IMG/VR virus record: IMGVR_UViG_3300031669_005479
Span: 32,001 to 96,000 of that record
Reading direction: 5' to 3' (one strand)
DNA: 64,000 bases
Source: a virus
Taxonomy: Duplodnaviria > Caudoviricetes
The notes under the pieces were generated by a model that was given only the letters and a program-made list of their open reading frames with translations, ran no database searches and was not told where the DNA came from. Shown one piece after another: positions 57,302 to 64,000 of the stretch. Position 1 is the first letter of the stretch. Every line of letters starts with the position of its first letter. Both the position numbers and the translations under genes were made by a program.

Positions 57302-60300
57302 TTATTTATCTTTCATAACGTTCTGATGCATACGCAGTTTCTCAAGATTATCCTTTATGATTTTATTCTCACCATGCTCTTCATCGGGGTCAACCAATAA
57401 TAAATTTTCAATGTCTTCAGATGTAATTTTTTTATTAATCATCTCATGTAATGGTATCTTATGTGTTGGTTTTATGACATTTTGTGTTATATTATCATCC
57501 AAGTCTAATAATGACACATTCGCATCTACAGCAATTTCACCAATAGTATCATTCGCCACTACAATATCTTCAGACTCATCAATTTCAAGAATATTTTGAT
57601 TATTTTCATCAATGTTTTTAAAATTAGAATCATTCGCTTCTCGAATTTCAGTGTCGAAATTTTTATTCATTTCAATATTATTTACTGCACCAAACATTTC
57701 AGGTTCATTATTTCTTCGTATCAGTTCATTTAACGCTTGTGGATTTCTCATTATATCATTCTCGTGCATACTAATTGCTTCATGTATCTTAATATCAGAA
57801 GATTTTTCTTTCACATTGTTAGCATGCTCTTCGAATTTATTAATGTCATCATCCCCATAATGTTTTAACCCTTTATATGTTTTTGTATACCTATACCTTG
57901 GGTCATCAATAATTATCTGCATTTTATCATTATCAAATATACAATCTTCGAAAGACTGTCCATCTTTTGCAAATCTAGCCTTTATAATTCTAATATTTGC
58001 TAAACTTGCTTCCTGTTGTGCGGGTGTCTTAGCGACAGACATAAAGAAATGTGCTTTTTGAATTCTTTTAATGTTTCCACCAATCTGATGCGCTTCAACA
58101 AATTCTGCACCAAAACCCGAACGATTAGATTGTATTGCAGTCCAAGCAGGAATATCTAAGTCAGATGATAATGCTTCAAATGCTTTTATAATTGCAAGTT
58201 CTGCTTCATTTCTATCAGGAGATTTCTTATGGGATTCTAAACAATCGAGATAGTCAAGCACCAATATATCAAAATTAAATCCAAACTTTTTTTGATATCC
58301 AAGCATCCAGTTTTTTACATCCATCATGGTTGTATTTTCCTGACTGAACCTTTTTATGATTAACCTACCATTACCTTCTAAAGATTTTGCCTTTTCATGA
58401 ACAATTTTTGTAACCCTAGCATTTTCATCTTCATCGTCCAATTTACTTAGTGATGATTTTGACCAAATAGTATAGTGTTTACGTTTAATTTGATCTTTCG
58501 TATCCTCAAAAATAATTTGAGCAACATTTTTTTCGTCTTCATATGCAGTATTGGCAATTATAGTAAGTGCGGTAGTATTGTGCGTTAAAATATAATCATT
58601 AGTAACATATAAATGATCGTCATTTTCGACATAAATGCACTGTGCATCTTCATTATGAGAATAGGTTATCGATTGAATATATTTATTATACTTATATTTA
58701 TTTCTGTATATGACACGATTTTGCTTTCTAATTAGTTGAAATGGTTTAATACTTTCGTCCGAAAACGATAATGTTAATATATACGATAACTTACCAATAT
58801 TTATTTCATCATTATACTTATATTTGGGATATTTTTCTTTCATACTACAAAAGCCACCCAACGATAACACCAATTCTCTAACATCAAATGCCAACTGTTT
58901 TGATGTTGTAGTATATTGAACCCTACCAGTCTTAGAGGCAAATCCATCACTATCCATTAATCCCTGTAATAGCAATATTCTATTATCAATTGTATTATAT
59001 TTATAGTCACGAGGGATGAATTTGGTGTTAGATAATTTATCAAATAATTCATAATTAGTTAGATTTTTTCTACTTCCACACAATCTAACTCTATATACAT
59101 TATTTAATTTACGCTTATCCCTATTTATCGTTATATTGTCACTAAAATATTTTTTTACGTTATTAATGACATCAATGTCACACGTAGTAAATTCACAACT
59201 TTTCATATAGCCATCACCAAGCATAATACCCATAATATATGGATGGATTTCCACGTCCTTTAATAAAAATTGTACTGGAGAAATGATAGGTATTCTATAA
59301 TTTAATTTTTTTGATTTTTTACCATATATGATGTAATCTTTCATGATCTCATCAAGAGTCATTGTTTTATATGTATTATCTGGAACTTTTATGTGTTTTA
59401 TTTTGCCATTAATATTATGTGTAGTATTTGCAGTTCGCTGATTTAAAGAATTTACTGCCCATAAATGTTCTCTATCACACATCGCTGACGTACCATCATT
59501 AAATTTTACGTTATATATCTCCCTGATACCTTGTGGATATACACCTAAAACTCGTTGTGATTTTCCATCGCTTCCTATAACACTATCATTAATTTTTATT
59601 TCCCCATTTTTAATCCACCCATTTGGAGTTAATACTGGTGCAGACATTGGTAATGATTTACCAACACCTGAAGGGGTTAGTATCACACCTATTTCACCTT
59701 TACCAAGACCACCACCAGTTAATGAGTCAATTACACCAATACCTGTTGCTATTGGTTGTCTAAACTCTTTACGGAGTGCCTTGTCTATTCCATCAGTAAC
59801 TTCTTCGCAATCATCCTCAATTTCACCAATACGTGCAATTTTTTGAAATCTATCGTCTATTGCCGTAATAACATACTTACTTCTAATATCACCATTCTTA
59901 ACACTATCAATAATAGATTCTGCCAACTTGCGATACTCTTGCTGCTTAATGAAATTATTTGTCGATTTTTGAACAACATCTCCATCGTAAAGCATTTGCT
60001 TATTAATAACCCTTTCGTTCCAAAGTTCAATTCGTTTTACAACTGCAAATAATGACTCTTCCTCAATAACATTATTTGGGGATTTGTATCTATTAATTGC
60101 TTGATGAATACTTTGATTTTGAAGATTGGGAACCTTTTGAAATTCTTTATAATATTCTAAAATAATTATAAATAGTCTTCTAAGATTCGGGTCATCGAAA
60201 TACTCTATTGCTAAATCAAGAATAATTTTTTCCGAAAATTCTGGTTCAACCAACAACTGCCACATAAGACGTTGCTGAAATTCTGGACCTAGATATGCTG

Positions 60301-60328
60301 ATAATGTATGCTCTGTAGTTTCTGCCAT
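57302..60328 (-). CDS. dnaB: DnaB-like replicative helicase containing an intein
   Basis: IATGI...TGGGLGKGEIGVILTPSGVGK / TTALT, LVLDYLDC, WTAIQSNR, KARF. Confidence 0.9.
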   Translation of the reverse strand: MAETTEHTLSAYLGPEFQQRLMWQLLVEPEFSEKIILDLAIEYFDDPNLRRLFIIILEYYKEFQKVPNLQNQSIHQAINRYKSPNNVIEEESLFAVVKRIELWNERVINKQMLYDGDVVQKSTNNFIKQQEYRKLAESIIDSVKNGDIRSKYVITAIDDRFQKIARIGEIEDDCEEVTDGIDKALRKEFRQPIATGIGVIDSLTGGGLGKGEIGVILTPSGVGKSLPMSAPVLTPNGWIKNGEIKINDSVIGSDGKSQRVLGVYPQGIREIYNVKFNDGTSAMCDREHLWAVNSLNQRTANTTHNINGKIKHIKVPDNTYKTMTLDEIMKDYIIYGKKSKKLNYRIPIISPVQFLLKDVEIHPYIMGIMLGDGYMKSCEFTTCDIDVINNVKKYFSDNITINRDKRKLNNVYRVRLCGSRKNLTNYELFDKLSNTKFIPRDYKYNTIDNRILLLQGLMDSDGFASKTGRVQYTTTSKQLAFDVRELVLSLGGFCSMKEKYPKYKYNDEINIGKLSYILTLSFSDESIKPFQLIRKQNRVIYRNKYKYNKYIQSITYSHNEDAQCIYVENDDHLYVTNDYILTHNTTALTIIANTAYEDEKNVAQIIFEDTKDQIKRKHYTIWSKSSLSKLDDEDENARVTKIVHEKAKSLEGNGRLIIKRFSQENTTMMDVKNWMLGYQKKFGFNFDILVLDYLDCLESHKKSPDRNEAELAIIKAFEALSSDLDIPAWTAIQSNRSGFGAEFVEAHQIGGNIKRIQKAHFFMSVAKTPAQQEASLANIRIIKARFAKDGQSFEDCIFDNDKMQIIIDDPRYRYTKTYKGLKHYGDDDINKFEEHANNVKEKSSDIKIHEAISMHENDIMRNPQALNELIRRNNEPEMFGAVNNIEMNKNFDTEIREANDSNFKNIDENNQNILEIDESEDIVVANDTIGEIAVDANVSLLDLDDNITQNVIKPTHKIPLHEMINKKITSEDIENLLLVDPDEEHGENKIIKDNLEKLRMHQNVMKDK
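58577..59656 (-). mobile_element. 360-aa intein with LAGLIDADG homing endonuclease, inserted in helicase Walker A
   Basis: Starts SLPMSAPVLTPNGW, block B CDREHLW, GIMLGDG and LLQGLMDSDG, ends YVTNDYILTHN followed by Thr; removal restores GVGKT. Confidence 0.92.
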
Positions 60329-60350
60329 TTAGATGTATGTATGTGAAAAG

Positions 60351-60378
60351 TTATTGTAGGTTACATAACCTACAATAA
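60351..60378. terminator. Perfect 13-bp inverted repeat between genes (terminator or operator)
   Basis: ttattgtaggtta-ca-taacctacaataa. Confidence 0.5.
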
Positions 60379-60400
60379 CGATAATTATATTCGATAATAC

Positions 60401-61015
60401 TTAGTATTTCTTAAGTTTCCTCAACATCTCATCTCTTTTTGCAGGAGAAAGTTCTCTGATTTGACTTATAGACAATCCTCTATAGTTTATTAAATCATAA
60501 TCATCCCACATATTCTTTACATCACTATTTTTAATTTTTTCAAAAATAGTATCTGCAACTTCAACAACAAGATTAGTTAAATCTAATGACCATCTTGCCA
60601 TAGGATTGTAGCCATCTACATAAAATAGTCTCTCTACAATTGGATTATCGTTTATATAAAGTCCAATTTTGCATTCTACACCACGAATAGTTTTATCGTC
60701 AATTTGCTGAACAATTGGCTGTGGATTGTAACGTAGGTCAGCTCTATGAATCTGAGGATACGATGTAATAACCTCTTGGTTATATTCGTATAAATCATAT
60801 TCCACACCATTTCCCACTCCTACAACAACATCATAATTTCGTTTTGAAAGAATTTTCTGGAATTTGGTAATTGCACGTGGAAGAATGTCCCTAATATCAA
60901 TTGAATACCTAGTAAATGGATTAAACTGATCCGCATCAAAAACTTTTTCACATAGCAATACATTCTCCTGTTGTAAAGAAAATTTAAATACATTGTTGTA
61001 TCCTTTTTCGCTCAT
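60401..61015 (-). CDS. Hypothetical protein in the replication cluster
   Basis: 204 aa; TATATTTG upstream. Confidence 0.7.
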   Translation of the reverse strand: MSEKGYNNVFKFSLQQENVLLCEKVFDADQFNPFTRYSIDIRDILPRAITKFQKILSKRNYDVVVGVGNGVEYDLYEYNQEVITSYPQIHRADLRYNPQPIVQQIDDKTIRGVECKIGLYINDNPIVERLFYVDGYNPMARWSLDLTNLVVEVADTIFEKIKNSDVKNMWDDYDLINYRGLSISQIRELSPAKRDEMLRKLKKY

Positions 61016-61048
61016 TTTTTTAAAATTTAAAATTATTAATAACTATGA

Positions 61049-61056
61049 CAAATATA
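61049..61056 (-). promoter_or_regulatory. Bacteroidota-type -7 element (TATATTTG)
   Basis: TAnnTTTG match 34 nt above the start of 60401..61015. Confidence 0.5.
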
Positions 61057-61085
61057 GTGTGAATTCGCTAAAATTAAAAGACTTT

Positions 61086-62144
61086 TTATAAATTACTTTG
61101 ATTATTTTTTAGATACTCAGTAAGTAATTGTTTTTCATTCATTATAATTGTATAAAACGGTTCTACATACTGAACAAACGTGCTACCATAAACAGAGAGA
61201 AAATCGTCTTCAATCATCATTCTATATAAATTTTTACTTCCTCTATCTTCAGGCGATAATGGAATTTCCAATTGTAGTAGGTCATCTTCTGCTTGTTCGT
61301 TAAGCATTGGTTGTCTTAAATTAACTAATTTATAATTAGTTTTAAGCCTTTCAACACCTTCAGGACTAATTAAATTTTTTAATGCAATAAGTGGCTTTTT
61401 TTTATTTAAAATTCTTTCTCGATTAATTTCATCTGCCTTTATACAAATTTCTCTAACACTTACATGTTTATATTTTAGTTCTGGAAAATGTTCCAATAAT
61501 GTTTTTTCACCAATTCCTTCAATGCCACTAATATTATCTGATGTATCACCAGTTATAATTTTAAGTATTAATGCATTCGAATAGTGATGATTAAAATGCA
61601 TTATATAGTTAGAACGAGTTACTGGTTGTTCAATATTTGGAAATATTATTGTTATGTTTAAATCAAGTAATTGCGCAAAATCTCTATCGTTTGAATATAG
61701 AAAAATTTCTTCTTTGTTGTTGTATTTAAGACAATATGCTGCAATTAAATCGTCCGCTTCAACATCATCCACTTCAATTTGACGTAAAAACAATTCTTCG
61801 GCATATGCTTGAATTCTTTTTCTTTGTTTTAAAATTGATTCCTCTTTCTCTTTTTCTCTGCGTATTTCGGCAGCACTCATTTCGATTCTTTTATGCCATT
61901 CTTTAGTTTTACGATTAGCCTTATATTCCCTATCAATTCTATGACGCATAATACCACCACCTTCACCATCCCAAACCAATACGACCTTATTAATCTTATG
62001 TTCCTTAATTTGCTTACGAACTGTGGTAATAAAAGAATATAGACCGCCAATATGTCCATACTTGGCGGTCTCTACATTCTTTGCACCATGAAACGAACGC
62101 TTCAAAAGATAAGATGAATCGATTAATAGTGTTCTAATTTTCAT
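61086..62144 (-). CDS. 5'-3' exonuclease / flap endonuclease (T4 RNase H / Pol I N-domain-like)
   Basis: LLIDSS, LVWDG, YKANR, VEADDLIA, SNDRDFAQL, GDTSDNISGIEGIGEKT. Confidence 0.92.
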   Translation of the reverse strand: MKIRTLLIDSSYLLKRSFHGAKNVETAKYGHIGGLYSFITTVRKQIKEHKINKVVLVWDGEGGGIMRHRIDREYKANRKTKEWHKRIEMSAAEIRREKEKEESILKQRKRIQAYAEELFLRQIEVDDVEADDLIAAYCLKYNNKEEIFLYSNDRDFAQLLDLNITIIFPNIEQPVTRSNYIMHFNHHYSNALILKIITGDTSDNISGIEGIGEKTLLEHFPELKYKHVSVREICIKADEINRERILNKKKPLIALKNLISPEGVERLKTNYKLVNLRQPMLNEQAEDDLLQLEIPLSPEDRGSKNLYRMMIEDDFLSVYGSTFVQYVEPFYTIIMNEKQLLTEYLKNNQSNL

Positions 62145-63289
62145 TATTCAATATCTTCAATATTCTGGGTTCTTTCAATCAATTCTTCTGAGCCAATAAC
62201 ATTTCCATCAGCATCCATAGGTTTAGACTGAATTATAATGTCATCTGCAGTTAGACTATCATCTTCAAAAATATTTCGGAAATGAAGAATATGTCGCTTT
62301 TTATATTCATCAATACTTGCCTTATCGCCATATACAAATCCATGTGGTGTTGAGGCAATTTTTCCCTCTAATGAAATGCCACCCTTTTCACCGTCAACGT
62401 GGTTTTTAGCGATATTAACCTTGTTACTAAAACCAAAGTTAACGTCACGACCCTTACTTGTTGCAGTTTCTCTTGCAGTTCCATGTGTAATAATACCACC
62501 AAAATGATAAATAAGTCTTGAACCAAAAAACCAAGTTTCACCACCCTTATGCTTAACAACCTTATTCATTGAATCATACCAAATTTTCTGGACAGCACCA
62601 ACTGTATTGGTATATGGACTATCAATTCTTCTACTGTTTGGAATAGTATTATTTAACATTGACATGAATGATTTCTCATATGCACCAGCATTCCACATAT
62701 TATTATCACTATCATTCTTTTCGAGAGCATTTATTGTTTTAATACAATTTAATGTTCCAATAGAATCTATAGCAAAATACAAATCATATGGTAATTCACC
62801 TGCAGCCTGTTGGTCTAGGAAATAATACATTGCTTTTGCCAAATCTTCAATGCTTGCCTCTTTCCTATCCTTATCTTGCTGTTTTCCGAAATTATCTAAA
62901 AGAAATTTATTTTTAACCAGAATGTAATCACCATTCCAGTCAAAACCCATTAACGTTAACCTCTCATTACCCTCATCAATATTATTTTCAGTATCAATAA
63001 TAATTGGTAATATACCCATTTTTTGTGCATTCACAATTGAACGCATTAAAGCCGTTGATTTACCAGTATTCGAATATCCACGGAAAAGTGTGACATATCC
63101 TTTAGGCATTCCAGGCATTCCAGTTGCTTCTTTCAACGCATCATCAATGGGTATCCATATCAATGGTTTTGATGGGACATCTGAAGCACCAACCTTTTTT
63201 TTAAAATTATCGAGACTAAAATTCTTTTTTGGCGTGGGTTTTCTTACCTCGTTTACTGGCACATCAACTTGTGCTATTTTTTTTGCCAT
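62144..63289 (-). CDS. recA: RecA/UvsX-like recombinase
   Basis: GMPKGYVTLFRGYSNTGKST, IIDTEN, FAIDSIG, HKGG...FFGSRL. Confidence 0.88.
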   Translation of the reverse strand: MAKKIAQVDVPVNEVRKPTPKKNFSLDNFKKKVGASDVPSKPLIWIPIDDALKEATGMPGMPKGYVTLFRGYSNTGKSTALMRSIVNAQKMGILPIIIDTENNIDEGNERLTLMGFDWNGDYILVKNKFLLDNFGKQQDKDRKEASIEDLAKAMYYFLDQQAAGELPYDLYFAIDSIGTLNCIKTINALEKNDSDNNMWNAGAYEKSFMSMLNNTIPNSRRIDSPYTNTVGAVQKIWYDSMNKVVKHKGGETWFFGSRLIYHFGGIITHGTARETATSKGRDVNFGFSNKVNIAKNHVDGEKGGISLEGKIASTPHGFVYGDKASIDEYKKRHILHFRNIFEDDSLTADDIIIQSKPMDADGNVIGSEELIERTQNIEDIE

Positions 63290-63316
63290 AAAATTAAATG
63301 TTTTTATTGTAGATTA

Positions 63317-63340
63317 AAAAGGGGGAAGCGTTCCCCCTTT
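63317..63340 (-). terminator. Intrinsic terminator
   Basis: aaaagggggaa-gcg-ttcccccttt. Confidence 0.8.
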
Positions 63341-63357
63341 CATTAAATAATGTTTAA

Positions 63358-64000
63358 CTAAAATGGTAAATCATCAAATTCATCGCCACCTACGACATCA
63401 TTATCATTGTCATTTACATCGTTTTCATTATCATCATCTTGAATACTTCCAAGTGTTTCTTTTCCCAAATCAGATGCATCATCTTTATATGTACCAACTT
63501 TTGATTCTGTGATATTACTAACGGTAACACGTGGATATTCTTCATCGTTAAGGTCAGATGCCTGTTCGAAATTTTCGTCATCATCTGCATCAAGGTTTGC
63601 TGTTCGAGTATTGGCGGCCTCTTCTAAATCAGGACGACCTGGAAATACCCAATGCTTGTTATTTGCGTCAGTATCATCCCAATACGGACTAGTACCGTTC
63701 GCCACCATTTCAAGAAACTCATGTGGTGTTGTATTGGGTGCTTTCTTAGGCATGAACACGTCTCTCCAAGTAGTGTCATCGGCAAGCCAATTCTCCATAA
63801 CAAGTCTATCATTACTCAACGGTGATGTAGGACGTGCACTGATCGCCGAAATTGCTTTGTAAGAATGACCATTAAAATCGCTATCAGTCATAACAATACT
63901 TAGGTCAGTACCCTTTATTGGGTCAGAAAAATCTGCTTGCTGATTAGACATATAGTCTTCCAAAATTGGGAGCAACTTATCAAGAGTTCCTTGATTTTTA
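63358..64000 (-). CDS. Single-stranded DNA-binding protein (gp32-like), 5'-truncated by the window
   Basis: Frame open to the window edge (KNQGTLDKLLPILEDY...); DPIKGTDL motif; acidic tail ending DDLPF; adjacent to the recombinase. Confidence 0.75.
   Translation of the reverse strand, partial: KNQGTLDKLLPILEDYMSNQQADFSDPIKGTDLSIVMTDSDFNGHSYKAISAISARPTSPLSNDRLVMENWLADDTTWRDVFMPKKAPNTTPHEFLEMVANGTSPYWDDTDANNKHWVFPGRPDLEEAANTRTANLDADDDENFEQASDLNDEEYPRVTVSNITESKVGTYKDDASDLGKETLGSIQDDDNENDVNDNDNDVVGGDEFDDLPF

Noticed and set aside
724-63862. Plus-strand ORFs in the track (e.g. 16639..17079, 22525..22986, 29433..29912, 45612..46034, 52467..52865)
   Set aside because: All are antisense shadows of longer minus-strand genes with recognisable motifs and show no family signatures.
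1-64000. Alternative genetic code (stop or Cys reassignment)
   Set aside because: Long conserved enzymes are intact in the standard-code ORF track, TAG/TGA act as real stops at gene ends, and Cys is used normally in CxxC motifs.

Overview
AT-rich, densely coding 64-kb segment of a large (jumbo-like) tailed myovirus genome. Every credible gene lies on the minus strand. The host is probably Bacteroidota, based on TAnnTTTG promoter elements, SD-less A-rich starts and BACON domains. In transcription order (high to low coordinates): SSB (partial), RecA/UvsX-like recombinase, 5'-3' exonuclease, DnaB-like helicase with a LAGLIDADG intein, one tRNA (anticodon CAT, long variable arm, no encoded CCA), a ~19-kb array of fibre/decoration genes with an embedded glycosyltransferase, SNF2 helicase and family-B DNA polymerase. 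Next comes an accessory block (~20-31.5 kb): NUDIX fusion, repeat protein, WYL protein, a triple-kinase/ADP-ribosyltransferase polyvalent protein, a CCA-adding enzyme fused to a 2H phosphoesterase, a second 2H enzyme, a HAD phosphatase and a ParB/ART protein. The window ends with a GT4 glycosyltransferase, baseplate genes, RuvC-like resolvase, T5orf172 nuclease, metallophosphoesterase and primase (partial). Leading candidates for an undescribed system: (i) a ligase-free tRNA 3'-end repair module (2H + HAD + CCA); (ii) enzyme domains strung together by (L/I)-x-E linkers, consistent with protease-processed virion cargo; (iii) late-expressed glycosyltransferases among virion genes. All family assignments come from motif recognition by eye; no searches were run.
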